A DNA stretch of 64,000 nt, taken from positions 3,008,001 to 3,072,000 of the forward strand of contig OZ242311.1 in assembly GCA_965207885.1 (NCBI GenBank), written 5' to 3'. The translations under genes were made by a program, and so were the position numbers. This DNA is from Candidatus Latescibacterota bacterium (GTDB lineage Bacteria; Latescibacterota; UBA2968). Every line of letters begins with the position of its first letter. Position 1 is the stretch's first letter. Shown in pieces: positions 49,495 to 59,027 of the stretch. The notes beneath the pieces are model-generated. The model ran no database searches, was not told the DNA's origin, and saw only the letters and a program-made list of their open reading frames with translations.

Positions 49495-49875
49495 ATGAAG
49501 CGCGAAAGAATACATTATAACACGGTGCGCGAGATTTGTTTTTCGCCAGAAGATATCGCTCGCCTTTCCGATAATTTACAGGAAAACGGCGCGCCATGTC
49601 ATATTCGCCATTTAGTGCCCGGCGAGGCAGATCCCGTGCGTTTGGCTCAGGTCAAAGACGTCATCGAGACGGTGTTGGTGGGGCGCAAGTACGAGGTTTT
49701 GTTGCTGCGCTCACAGGGCAAGACGTTTACAGAAATCGCGCTGCTTTTAGAGATCTCAAAAAGTGCGGTGCAAAGTCACTACCGTATCGCTATAAAACGG
49801 GTGCAACGCGCTCTGGGTATAGTGCCCGGGCAAAAGGTCAAGCCTCCATCACCATCGACGTATTCCATGGTCTAA
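49495..49875 (+). CDS. Small sigma-70 region 4/LuxR-type HTH protein
   Basis: EVLLLR.QGKTFTEIALLLEISKSAVQSHYRIAIKRV. Confidence 0.7.
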   Translation: MKRERIHYNTVREICFSPEDIARLSDNLQENGAPCHIRHLVPGEADPVRLAQVKDVIETVLVGRKYEVLLLRSQGKTFTEIALLLEISKSAVQSHYRIAIKRVQRALGIVPGQKVKPPSPSTYSMV

Positions 49876-50051
49876 CTTTCCTCTCTCTGTTTTGTCAATC
49901 AGGTTCCGCTTTGTGCGCGACCTGTTTTTTTTTGCTCCAAGCCTCCAGTTCCTCGCCTTTTTCTTGTCTTTGTCCCATTCATGTGTATCTTTTACCGTTA
50001 TCACAATAGTTGTGAATCGCGTTTTAATCTTACTTTTCAAAGGAGTTTCCC

Positions 50052-50429
50052 ATGGCTGTATTTCTTCATACGCGCGTTCGCGTGAGCGATTTGGATAGGT
50101 CGATCCAGTATTATTGCGATCATTTTGGTTTTGTGCTGAAGAGTCGTTCGGAAAAGTCGCCAGCGGGCAATCAGATCTGCCATCTGGAATTGCCGGGCAA
50201 CGAGCATACGCTGGAATTGACGTATTCCGATGATTACGAGTTGAATGTGCCCGAAGATCTGATGCACTTCGCGATTGGCGTGCCCGATTTGATTGCCTTT
50301 TGCGATGAGTTAGAGAAAAAGGGAATCGAGATTTGGCCCGGCGATTGGCGAGAGACATTTCCCACAGGACGCAAAATGGCGTTTGTCGATGATCCGGATG
50401 GGTATGAAATTGAGTTGTTGGAAAGATAA
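50052..50429 (+). CDS. VOC family protein (glyoxalase I-like)
   Basis: LHTRVRV.DL..SI.YY, LELTY, HFAIGV.D and FVDDPDGYEIEL motifs. Confidence 0.92.
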   Translation: MAVFLHTRVRVSDLDRSIQYYCDHFGFVLKSRSEKSPAGNQICHLELPGNEHTLELTYSDDYELNVPEDLMHFAIGVPDLIAFCDELEKKGIEIWPGDWRETFPTGRKMAFVDDPDGYEIELLER

Positions 50430-50435
50430 AAATTA

Positions 50436-50467
50436 AGGGATCGCCTGACTGAAATAAGGCGGTCCCT
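50436..50467. terminator. Hairpin between convergent genes
   Basis: AGGGATCGCCT...AGGCGGTCCCT followed by T-rich sequence. Confidence 0.65.
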
Positions 50468-50539
50468 CAAGTTATTTTATTGGTAATTGCCGGGTTTTAT
50501 TTTTGAAGGGGATACAGGATGCGGTGGGATAAATGTCAG

Positions 50540-50839
50540 TCAGTCGGATGGTGTAGTGATTACAACGCGCTCAACCTGAATTTCATCGGCCTTCTGCATG
50601 GCCTGTGCCAGGTCGTAGGCCGCCTGCATTCGGTACCATGTGATCGCGCCTCCGCCGAAGGCTTTGTCCAGGCGAATCGCCATCTCAGGCGAGATGCCTG
50701 CCCGGCCGTCCACGATATCCGATAGTTCCTTGTGGTCAACGCCGAGTTTTTGCGCGGCTACAGTCACACTCAGCCCAAGTGGCTCCAGACAATCGTAACG
50801 TACTGACAGCCCCGGATGGGGTGGATTCTTCATCGGCAT
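50540..50839 (-). CDS. higA: HigA family antitoxin (XRE HTH), orphan
   Basis: [10 protein letters not shown]...[14 protein letters not shown]...[21 protein letters not shown]....W..MQ..YDL. Confidence 0.92.
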   Translation of the reverse strand: MPMKNPPHPGLSVRYDCLEPLGLSVTVAAQKLGVDHKELSDIVDGRAGISPEMAIRLDKAFGGGAITWYRMQAAYDLAQAMQKADEIQVERVVITTPSD

Positions 50840-50925
50840 TTTTTTCCTTAGTGACGGAAACTGAGGATCATAAACCAAATATAACCTATCTTCTTCCAGA
50901 ATCAAAATATCATAAAAAACTGTAT

Positions 50926-52422
50926 ATGGACCGCAATCAAATCAAAAACATAAAGCAATCTGCGAATGAGTTCTTCCAGGCTGCACAGAAATATGTTCAA
51001 GATCAAGAAGGGGCATTAATAAGAATCTTAATAATGACGACCAAAGGTCCACCTTTGGACATGGACAGCAATGTTCAAGAAAAACAAGAGAAGCTCGTCA
51101 AGCAATGCATTGATTCATTAGGGGTTGAACTCGGTAGTGATGAGGAGATAGAGGAACTTATTTGGGATCATTTTTGGCGAAGCTTCTCGGATACGAGAAC
51201 TGAAATCACTGAGCAATTGTTAGGGGCTGAACTTGGTAGTGATGAGGAAAGAGAGAAACTTTGGGATCATTTTGAGCGAAGTTTCTTAGATACGAACAGA
51301 ATCTTGAATATATCTGAGATCACTGAGCGATTTTTAGACGATATTTCGCGGTATGAACAGCGCAGCTATGGATATCTCGCTCCAAATTTTGTAATTGAAT
51401 TCAGTGATCAGGCACAGAAAATTGTTATTGGTCCTGTAGAGGCAGTTCAAACTGAGTATTTTTTAGAAAATCAAATAAAAATCCCTAAAAATACAACAAT
51501 ATGGAGAGGGAAAATCGTTATACCTATGCTTTCAGAAATTCGAGTTGGGTCGAAATACAATTGGTCGATTTCAAATGGCAATATTATTATCGAGTTTCCT
51601 CAAGCCTGCTGGTATATTCCGATGGGATCTATTAAAGCAGCACGGCGAAATACAGAGGAAAAAGCTATCTGGTTGATCAACATTGCAATAAGTCTTCTAC
51701 GACTCTGCTATCCAACTCAGGAACACGAAAAATATCCCGAGATTGGTGACATTGAAGAAATGCCTCTTATCGAGCCGAAAAAATTTTGGTTTGACGATAG
51801 AACAGAAGAGAAAGGGATTGTGCTCGACAGAATTGACGGAGAAGATGAACTAACTAACCGAGCATCAGGGGGAGTAAGTTTCCCTCTCAGTTCGTCAATT
51901 CGTAGAATACCTTGTACATATCTTGTCGATAATACGGTCGTGGCACTAACCGAAGAGCAGAAATTTAAGGACCGGGCACATGTGATTTTTAATCCTGCTA
52001 AGAAAAGCTTGGCAGAGCGTTTCGGTCAGGGACTTGGCTGGCTTACCCGTGGACGCCAGACGGCAGATCGTGCAGAGCGATTCCTTTTCTTTTTTACAGC
52101 AATTGAAGCCTTGTTGTCCAGCGATGATAAGAGTGCACCGGTTGTTCAAACAATATCTCGCCATGCGGCAACGATTCTCCACACCGACTCGCTGGAACGT
52201 GCGGATTTTGCGCGTCAATTTCGCTCACTTTATGAAGTTCGTTCGGCACTGGTGCATGCAGGAAAACGCGACGTTTCGCAGAAGCAAACTATGGAAGCGC
52301 AAAGGATAGCAGAAGAACTCTACAAAACCGTGATGGAAAATTATCCATTGGATAGTAAGTTTAATAAATTTCAAGAATCTCTTTCAAAAGCCAGCTACGG
52401 GTCGCCGTGGCCTTTCAAATAG
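50926..52422 (+). CDS. ApeA-like HEPN domain protein (putative anti-phage RNase), AT-rich
   Basis: C-terminal FFTAIEALL...[12 protein letters not shown] (E...RxxxxH); visibly AT-richer than the flanks. Confidence 0.78.
   Translation: MDRNQIKNIKQSANEFFQAAQKYVQDQEGALIRILIMTTKGPPLDMDSNVQEKQEKLVKQCIDSLGVELGSDEEIEELIWDHFWRSFSDTRTEITEQLLGAELGSDEEREKLWDHFERSFLDTNRILNISEITERFLDDISRYEQRSYGYLAPNFVIEFSDQAQKIVIGPVEAVQTEYFLENQIKIPKNTTIWRGKIVIPMLSEIRVGSKYNWSISNGNIIIEFPQACWYIPMGSIKAARRNTEEKAIWLINIAISLLRLCYPTQEHEKYPEIGDIEEMPLIEPKKFWFDDRTEEKGIVLDRIDGEDELTNRASGGVSFPLSSSIRRIPCTYLVDNTVVALTEEQKFKDRAHVIFNPAKKSLAERFGQGLGWLTRGRQTADRAERFLFFFTAIEALLSSDDKSAPVVQTISRHAATILHTDSLERADFARQFRSLYEVRSALVHAGKRDVSQKQTMEAQRIAEELYKTVMENYPLDSKFNKFQESLSKASYGSPWPFK
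51118..51336 (+). repeat. In-frame degenerate tandem duplication (~102 bp unit) inside the HEPN gene
   Basis: [33 protein letters not shown] followed by [24 protein letters not shown]....EITERFL. Confidence 0.88.
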
Positions 52423-52460
52423 GAAATCCTTGGATAGATTAGTTAATCAGGGAGAGTGGT

Positions 52461-52730
52461 ATGGTAACGGTTACTTTTGAACTACCAGAAGATGTGCTTT
52501 CTTCGGTGCGTAAAGACCCCGATCACTTCGCCCGGGAATTGCGTCTGGCTGCCGCTGTGAAATGGTACGAGATGGGAGAGGTTTCTCAAAGCCGGGCGGC
52601 TGAGATTGCTGGACTATCCCGCAGTGAGTTCATAGAGGCACTGGGTCGGTTTGAGGTTTCAGTATTCCAATACAGTGTGGACGAAATTGCGGAGGAACAG
52701 ATCAAATTAGAAGACGGGAGTTTGTCATGA
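52461..52730 (+). CDS. UPF0175 family putative antitoxin
   Basis: RELRLAAAVKWYE.GEVSQ.RAAEIAGLSR.EF...L. Confidence 0.88.
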   Translation: MVTVTFELPEDVLSSVRKDPDHFARELRLAAAVKWYEMGEVSQSRAAEIAGLSRSEFIEALGRFEVSVFQYSVDEIAEEQIKLEDGSLS

Positions 52731-52948
52731 CCAGACAGTTGACAGCAATTATAGAACGCGAAGGTGATGGCTACGTCGCCCTCTGTCCTGAGTTAGATAT
52801 CGCGAGTCAGGGAACAACTGTGGCTGAATCTCGGGAAAATTTGAAAGAGGCATTGGAATTGTTTTTTGAGACGGCTTCAGACACCGAAATTCAGCAACGG
52901 TTGCACGAGGAAGTGTATGTGACCCAGGTGGAGGTCGCTGTTGCCTAA
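52727..52948 (+). CDS. hicB: HicB family antitoxin (short, no DNA-binding domain)
   Basis: TAIIEREGDGYVALCPELDIASQG.T..E...NL.EALELFFE. Confidence 0.92.
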   Translation: MTRQLTAIIEREGDGYVALCPELDIASQGTTVAESRENLKEALELFFETASDTEIQQRLHEEVYVTQVEVAVA

Positions 52949-53159
52949 ACTCCGGGTGTTATCGGGTCGGGAAGTCTGCGGAATACTTGCGAATCACGGA
53001 TTTACCGAGGTCCGGCACAGGGGCAGCCATGTAATTATGCAAAAGGTCGAGCCCAGTAGCACCATTACTGTGCCGGTTCCTGACCATCGGGAACTACGGG
53101 TAGGAACGCTGATGTCAATCATCAGGCAGTCGGGTTTATCCAGGGTGCTGTTTGAGTAA
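52941..53159 (+). CDS. hicA: HicA family mRNA interferase toxin
   Basis: LSGRE...IL..HGF......GSH......VPVP.H.EL..GTL.SIIRQSGL; TTG start overlapping hicB. Confidence 0.92.
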   Translation: MPKLRVLSGREVCGILANHGFTEVRHRGSHVIMQKVEPSSTITVPVPDHRELRVGTLMSIIRQSGLSRVLFE

Positions 53160-53183
53160 ATTAAATTGCAAGAGGAATAAGCC

Positions 53184-53411
53184 GTGCAGCATCGTCATTT
53201 AAACCATCAAAATTTTACACTCGCCGCTATAGACGATGTGATTCGTCGCGGTCGCTGGGATGATTGGGCTGAGTTACGCCGTGCGGCTCTTGAAGACCGC
53301 GCTTTGCTCGATAAAATTGAGCACGTTTGCGCCCATTGCGTTGCTGACCCATATGCTCAGCGTCATCATTTTTGGATGAACTATGTCAAAAAACACCGCG
53401 ATACTTCCTGA
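53184..53411 (+). CDS. Small hypothetical protein, probable antitoxin partner of the downstream gene
   Basis: 75 aa (AAIDDVI.RG...DW..LR); RBS present; overlaps the next gene by 29 bp. Confidence 0.65.
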   Translation: MQHRHLNHQNFTLAAIDDVIRRGRWDDWAELRRAALEDRALLDKIEHVCAHCVADPYAQRHHFWMNYVKKHRDTS

Positions 53412-53883
53412 GTGGGATTGCGCACTCGGCAGCCTTGATGGAATTGAGACAGGCGTGCGTCAACTGATCCGCGATGAGCCTTTGGAAACGACGACACTCC
53501 AGCATCAGGGCGCGATGTTAACCATTCCGATCCGAGCGGAAATACTCCGCATCAAAGGCGTGCTGATTCTCAAACGCAACGCGACACGCGACTATATCGA
53601 TTTTGCCGCACTCGCACACGAGATGGGCGATCAGGCCATAGCAGAGGCCCTGCGACCTTTCGATAGATTGTACCGCCAGGACAACGGGGAGTCCGCATTG
53701 CAACAATTACAGGTGCAACTCTCAAATCCCTTGCCCTACGACTTAGAGGACACAAAACTTTCGGAATATAAAGACCTCGACGCACAGTGGCACGATTGGA
53801 ACTCGGTGATAGCGGTTTGCACTCATGTCGCGGTTGTTGTTTTTGATCACATCTGTGAACAGAATGACTCGGTCCAGGACTGA
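53383..53883 (+). pseudogene. AbiEii-like nucleotidyltransferase toxin remnant, apparently lacking its N-terminal catalytic segment
   Basis: Retains EILRIK......R...RDYID (K...R..D.D of AbiEii/DUF1814) but has no GG(T/S)A...DxD motif; only 166 aa. Confidence 0.55.
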
Positions 53884-54338
53884 TGTTACCCAATTTAACT
53901 GTGCGCCCAGCGCAAATTTCTGATAGAAATGTACTTAATGAATTAGTGAAAAATATTGGGCCACAATGTGTTATGGCGTTATCAGGTGGCGGTGCTTCCA
54001 TAGATGCGGAGCAGACGCTTGTGGCTGTGCAGAGCGATTGTGTGATTGGATTTGTGGCATGGTATCAAGATGAAATGCAGGCTGTGATTGCGGGGCTTGG
54101 GGTGCGTGACACGCATCGGCGCTTTGGTGTGGCTACGCAGTTGGTCAATGCGCTGACAGAGCATTTGCGGGAGGAAGGGGTGCGGTTGTTAGAGGCGGTT
54201 GTGCCGCGCGATAGGACAGGCGCAATCGCCGTTTTTGAATCGGTGGGGTTCAGGCAACTGGGGCGCAGTGCTGCGGACTGCGTTACATTTGAGTATCGCT
54301 TGTGGGGACGCAGAAATCGGGCAGACGGATTTGCGTAG
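53883..54338 (+). CDS. GNAT family acetyltransferase
   Basis: LGV...HRRFGVATQL (motif A) and A...FESVGF. Confidence 0.85.
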   Translation: MLPNLTVRPAQISDRNVLNELVKNIGPQCVMALSGGGASIDAEQTLVAVQSDCVIGFVAWYQDEMQAVIAGLGVRDTHRRFGVATQLVNALTEHLREEGVRLLEAVVPRDRTGAIAVFESVGFRQLGRSAADCVTFEYRLWGRRNRADGFA

Positions 54339-54448
54339 TCTGTTGTAAGTCATAACAGGAGGTGAGAGATGCGCGGTTGCAGGTTGCATCTTTTGTCTCC
54401 TGTTATTAGTTTGGTAGCTGATATTGGTATAGATAAAAAAGGTGGATT

Positions 54449-56404
54449 ATGGCCGAAGTACAAGCCTCAAATACAACAGATGCGGCAACGCGCGAGGGCA
54501 TCACGCTCCGGGCTGTTCTTTTTGGGTTGGTGGTGGTGCTGTGGATTGCGTTTTGGAATACGCATGCCGAGTATATCGCCCACACATCGCGTATGAATAT
54601 CAGCCATTTCCCAATGGTATTGTTGTGTACATACATACTGGTGGTGTTGCTGAATCAGTTGGTGCGCTGGATAAAGCCCCGATATGCGCTGTGTCAAACT
54701 GAGTTGCTGGTGGTACTGGCGATGGGGCTTTTGGGCGCAGCCATTCCCGCTTATGGTCTGACGAGTTTTTTCCTGGGCATGATTTCTGTACCGCATTATC
54801 TGGCGACGCCCGAAAATCAATGGTCGGAATTTGTCCATCCGCATTTGCCCGATTGGCTGGTGCCGAGCAACGAAGGCTATGCCATGCAATGGCTTTACGA
54901 GGGCCTGCCTGCGGGGCAGTCTATTCCCTGGGATGTGTGGATTGTGTCGCTGTTCTGGTGGTTGAGCGTTGTTGCGGCCATTGTTCTGGCGTCTATCGCG
55001 CTTTCGAGTATGTTGAGAAAACAGTGGTCGGAGCACGAGCGCGTGGCCTATCCCGTGCTCGGTCCGCCGGTAGAACTGGCGTCGGCGGCTGACGCGCCAA
55101 AGCGGGAAGGTATTTTGTACAATCGGTTGTTCTGGATCGGATGCGGCCTGATTTTTTTTGTGAAGGCGTGGAATATTATGTCGTATTTCAACCCCGGTAT
55201 TCCCATTATCTGGTTGGGACAGCAGTGGTTTTATTTTGCCCGATTTTATCCCCCGCAGCATACGGGGGTGAATTTTTTTACGATTGGCTTTGCGTATTTT
55301 GCCAATGTGGATGTGTTGTTTTCCATTCTGGTATTTCACGTTCTGTATCTCAATGAGATTGCTTTTTTTCGCAGGATTGGATTCACATTGTCGGCCAAAA
55401 CAGGTCCCGGCGATGCAGTGGCGGGTCTGCAAAGCGCTGGCGCATTTATCGCTCTGGTATTCTGGACATTTTGGACGGCGCGGTTGCATTTGAAGGATGT
55501 GTTTCGCAAGGCTTTGCCGGGCGATGATACCGTGGATGATTCGAATGAGTTGATGTCGCATCGCATGGCGGTTATTTCGCTTGTTATCAGCGTGTTGTTC
55601 ATGTTGTTGTGGTTGCACACGATGGGGTTGGAATGGAAGTTTGCGTGTCTGTTAACCCTGGGTTTGTTCATCGCTTATGTTGGGCTTGCTCGCATTATTG
55701 CCGAGACTGGCGTGGTGTATATGAGCATGCCGATCAACGAGGCTGGGTTCACAGATTTGTTTTTTCATCCGGCAGATTATTCGGCTGGATCGCGAACGTC
55801 GATCACATTGTTTTCTTCCCTGCGTTGCCAGAGCAAAGCGATGTTTATGGTGCCTCTGGTTCACATTGCAAAGTTGGGCGAGTTGATCCAGCAGCAAAAG
55901 GGGCGTTTGTTGATGGTCGTGCTTGTGACGCTTATCGTCGGGATTGGTTGGACGGTGATTCTGACAATTTTTTTGAGTTATACATACGGCGCATATAATT
56001 TTAATGATCTTCCATTTACGCGCTATCCGCCGCGCGTGTACGACGCTCTGGTCAAAGCGTTAAAAGAAGTACCCGAGTACAAACCCGAACGCTATTTGTT
56101 TTTAGGGGCTGGGATGCTCATTTTTAGTGCTATGAGTTTTTTGCGGTATCGCTTTACATGGTGGCCTCTGCATCCTATGGGGATGATTGTGCCAGTGGGG
56201 CACGCGATGCATTCGACGATGTCCATTTTGATTGCATGGAGTGCCAAAGCGATTATTCTTCGCATTGGCGGGGCTTCGCTTTATCGGCGTAGCAGGCCCT
56301 TTTTTGTCGGGATGCTGGTGGGCTATGGACTTGCCGTGTTCACGTCCTATGTGGTGGATCAAATCTGGTTTCCCGGGCGAGGGCATCACATGCATTCGTG
56401 GTAG
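54449..56404 (+). CDS. Polytopic membrane protein, DUF6785/DUF6784-like (putative transporter)
   Basis: GIT.RA, YLATPENQW, IPW..W, KQW..HER..YP, WWPLHP.G and RPFF.G...G motifs. Confidence 0.8.
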   Translation: MAEVQASNTTDAATREGITLRAVLFGLVVVLWIAFWNTHAEYIAHTSRMNISHFPMVLLCTYILVVLLNQLVRWIKPRYALCQTELLVVLAMGLLGAAIPAYGLTSFFLGMISVPHYLATPENQWSEFVHPHLPDWLVPSNEGYAMQWLYEGLPAGQSIPWDVWIVSLFWWLSVVAAIVLASIALSSMLRKQWSEHERVAYPVLGPPVELASAADAPKREGILYNRLFWIGCGLIFFVKAWNIMSYFNPGIPIIWLGQQWFYFARFYPPQHTGVNFFTIGFAYFANVDVLFSILVFHVLYLNEIAFFRRIGFTLSAKTGPGDAVAGLQSAGAFIALVFWTFWTARLHLKDVFRKALPGDDTVDDSNELMSHRMAVISLVISVLFMLLWLHTMGLEWKFACLLTLGLFIAYVGLARIIAETGVVYMSMPINEAGFTDLFFHPADYSAGSRTSITLFSSLRCQSKAMFMVPLVHIAKLGELIQQQKGRLLMVVLVTLIVGIGWTVILTIFLSYTYGAYNFNDLPFTRYPPRVYDALVKALKEVPEYKPERYLFLGAGMLIFSAMSFLRYRFTWWPLHPMGMIVPVGHAMHSTMSILIAWSAKAIILRIGGASLYRRSRPFFVGMLVGYGLAVFTSYVVDQIWFPGRGHHMHSW

Positions 56405-56409
56405 GGGAT

Positions 56410-57852
56410 ATGAGTAATCAGTCTTTGGCAACACGAGCGGTGCGCGGGGCGTTCTGGACAGGCGGCGGGTTGGGCGTGCATCTCATCGTGACACTGATTT
56501 TTTTTCGGATTCTAAATCTGGAAGATATGGGATATTTCATCTGGGCACAGCGCGTTCTGGTTTTGTTTCAGATGGTGGGTTTAGTGGGGCTAAATGACGC
56601 ACTGATAAAATATCAAGATGTCTCGCGGATCCATTTTTCCTCTGCTTTTTGGGCCTGTCTTTTTGTGGGGGTTGCGCTTTTTGTCGGGTTTATAGCGAGT
56701 GAGTGGCTTCTCATTATCTGGTGGGGGAGAACGCCGAATATCGCGGCGTTTTTTGATATTGCAAAACCCATGGCTTTGATTATTCCGCTTGCATCTGTTT
56801 CGGGCATTGTGAAAGCAATTCTGGCTCGGGATTTGCGCTTTCAATCCATAGCCATAAGTGAAATGGTCGCCGCGCTGATTGCCGCAATTGTCGGCATTGG
56901 TCTTCTCATTGGTGGTTGGGGTATAAAAAGTGCGGTTTGGAATGCAATAACGAGGGAGATTGCATTGTTGGGCGGTTTGTGGATTGCCGCTGCCTGGATG
57001 CCGTCGCTGTCGTTTAGCTGGGCAAAGCTGAAGGCACTTTTGCCTTTTGGCTTCAATGTTTCTGGCGCGAATCTGCTCAACAATATCAATAATAATCTGG
57101 ACAAGGTCTATTTTGTTCCCGTTTTGCTGGGGCCTGTTGCTGCGGGTCTGTACGCTTTTGCATATCAATACACAATGGTTCCGTTAAATCGGGCCAGTGT
57201 TGTGCTGACGCGGGTGATTTTTCCGGCTTTTTCCGTGGTGCAGCGCAATAATCAAACCTTGCGACGGGGATATACGCGCACGATTACTGCGATTGCCCTT
57301 TTGTCCTGGCCCGCGCTAATAGGTGGTTTTATTTATGGACGGGAAATTTTGTTGCTCGTAAAAGGCGAGGAGATGTTGCCTGCTCTTAATCCACTCAGGC
57401 TGTTGATTTTAGCGGGTATGCTCAAAGCTGTGGGGACGGTTGTGGGATCGGTTTTTCTCGCCAAGGGAAAGGCAAACTGGTCGTTTCGATGGACGCTTGT
57501 AAATCTGATTGTTTTTGTGCCCGCACTCTATTGGGGCGTGCGCTATGGTATTGGTGGGATCGCCGCCGTGCTTTCAGCGGCTGCCGTGTTGTTTCTCGTG
57601 GTTACGCAAATACTGGTCAACCGGTTGATTGATTTGCGAATGGCTGATTATTTCAAGTCATTTGTCGGGCCATTTTTGACGACGCTATGGGTCGCGGTTG
57701 CACTAGTCGCGGTTCGATCATTGGCCGATCTGGAGCCTGTTGAAGCTCTGTTGTTGGGCGCAGTGATCGGGACCATTGCTTATGCTTTTGCTGTTCGTTT
57801 GTTCGCCTGGGCATTTGTGATGCGGTTCTGGCGTGATTTCAGGGGGCAATAG
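56410..57852 (+). CDS. Wzx/WzxC-like polysaccharide flippase (MOP superfamily)
   Basis: SL..RAVRG..W, L.RDLRF..IA..E, G.Y..AY and VIFPAFS motifs; many TM helices. Confidence 0.87.
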   Translation: MSNQSLATRAVRGAFWTGGGLGVHLIVTLIFFRILNLEDMGYFIWAQRVLVLFQMVGLVGLNDALIKYQDVSRIHFSSAFWACLFVGVALFVGFIASEWLLIIWWGRTPNIAAFFDIAKPMALIIPLASVSGIVKAILARDLRFQSIAISEMVAALIAAIVGIGLLIGGWGIKSAVWNAITREIALLGGLWIAAAWMPSLSFSWAKLKALLPFGFNVSGANLLNNINNNLDKVYFVPVLLGPVAAGLYAFAYQYTMVPLNRASVVLTRVIFPAFSVVQRNNQTLRRGYTRTITAIALLSWPALIGGFIYGREILLLVKGEEMLPALNPLRLLILAGMLKAVGTVVGSVFLAKGKANWSFRWTLVNLIVFVPALYWGVRYGIGGIAAVLSAAAVLFLVVTQILVNRLIDLRMADYFKSFVGPFLTTLWVAVALVAVRSLADLEPVEALLLGAVIGTIAYAFAVRLFAWAFVMRFWRDFRGQ

Positions 57853-57924
57853 ATTGTGATTGTGTTGTCCGCCTGTTCAGGGCATAATGCAAGTGTCTGG
57901 GGAGAAAACTAAAGGAGGCGCGTT

Positions 57925-59007
57925 TTGAAAACCTACCGCGTGGGTATTATTGGATTGGGGCGAATGGGCAGCACGATTGACGATGAAGGGCATGCTGTCA
58001 AACCGTATTCTGTTGCGGCCTGTTGTGGGGTGATAGATCAACTCGAACTCGTCGCCGGATCTGATTTGCAGGCAGATAAGCGGGCGGATTTTGCCGAGCG
58101 ATGGGGTGTGAAGGCTGTTTACGAAGATTATATGGAGATGGTGGCACAAGAGTCGCTCGATCTGGTGGCGGTGTGTACAACGGCTTCGGGTTTGTTTAAG
58201 CCCGCCAATAAAGCACCCGACGCGAATTTCAGAGGCGATTCGCATGCGGATTTAACCGTGAGCCTTGCCAATGCTGGGGTGCCGATGTTGTATGTGGAGA
58301 AGGCGATGGCGAGTTCGGTGGCGCGGGCAGATGAGATTTTAGATGCGGTGGTAGCAAATGGCACTGTGTTCAATACGGGTGTTTTGAGGCGATTTAACGT
58401 GAGTTATCACGCCGTGCGCCGCGCAATTGCCGAGGGTGAGATTGGCGAACCCAGAGCGGCTATTCACTACGCGGCCTCATCTTTGATGCACGGGCATATC
58501 CACTCTATAGATACGCTCTCTTTTTTGTTGGGCGATCCGAAAATCGAAGCGGTGCGCGGTGAATTGTTGCCACGAGATTTTGCGATTGAGAACAATCACA
58601 TTGCTTTTGATCCGAGCGCGACTTTTCAATTGCGATTTGAAAATGGCATAGAAGCCTGGTCGGTCCCCGCTGGTGGGTGGGAGTTTGAGGTGATGGGGAC
58701 TAAGGGGTGCATCCGGTCGATTAACAATGGGGATGGTATAAAGCTCAGAAAAGCCGGTAGTCTGGTGGGCAAACGCCAGGGATGGGATGATGCAGAGGTC
58801 GCGCCTGTTGCGCCAAAAAGCCATGTGGTGTCGTGTCTGGAGGATTTGATAGACGCCTATGAGCAAGGACGTCCAACGCTGGGGCATGTGGAGGTTGCCC
58901 ATCACGTAACTGAGGCATGTATTGCTGTAGCGGAAAGTCACCGTCGGGGGAGTGCGTGGGTAAATCTACCGTTGGGAGACAGAGATTTGTACATTTTTCA
59001 CGTTTAG
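57925..59007 (+). CDS. Gfo/Idh/MocA family oxidoreductase
   Basis: IIGLGRMG, EKAMA and H.ID motifs; GGAGG RBS before TTG. Confidence 0.9.
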   Translation: MKTYRVGIIGLGRMGSTIDDEGHAVKPYSVAACCGVIDQLELVAGSDLQADKRADFAERWGVKAVYEDYMEMVAQESLDLVAVCTTASGLFKPANKAPDANFRGDSHADLTVSLANAGVPMLYVEKAMASSVARADEILDAVVANGTVFNTGVLRRFNVSYHAVRRAIAEGEIGEPRAAIHYAASSLMHGHIHSIDTLSFLLGDPKIEAVRGELLPRDFAIENNHIAFDPSATFQLRFENGIEAWSVPAGGWEFEVMGTKGCIRSINNGDGIKLRKAGSLVGKRQGWDDAEVAPVAPKSHVVSCLEDLIDAYEQGRPTLGHVEVAHHVTEACIAVAESHRRGSAWVNLPLGDRDLYIFHV

Positions 59008-59027
59008 GTCTTCATTGGGGGCAGACC

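Noticed and set aside
50840-50925. Possible higB toxin upstream of higA
   Set aside because: Only ~85 bp separate higA from the divergent HEPN gene and no RelE/HigB-like reading frame is evident
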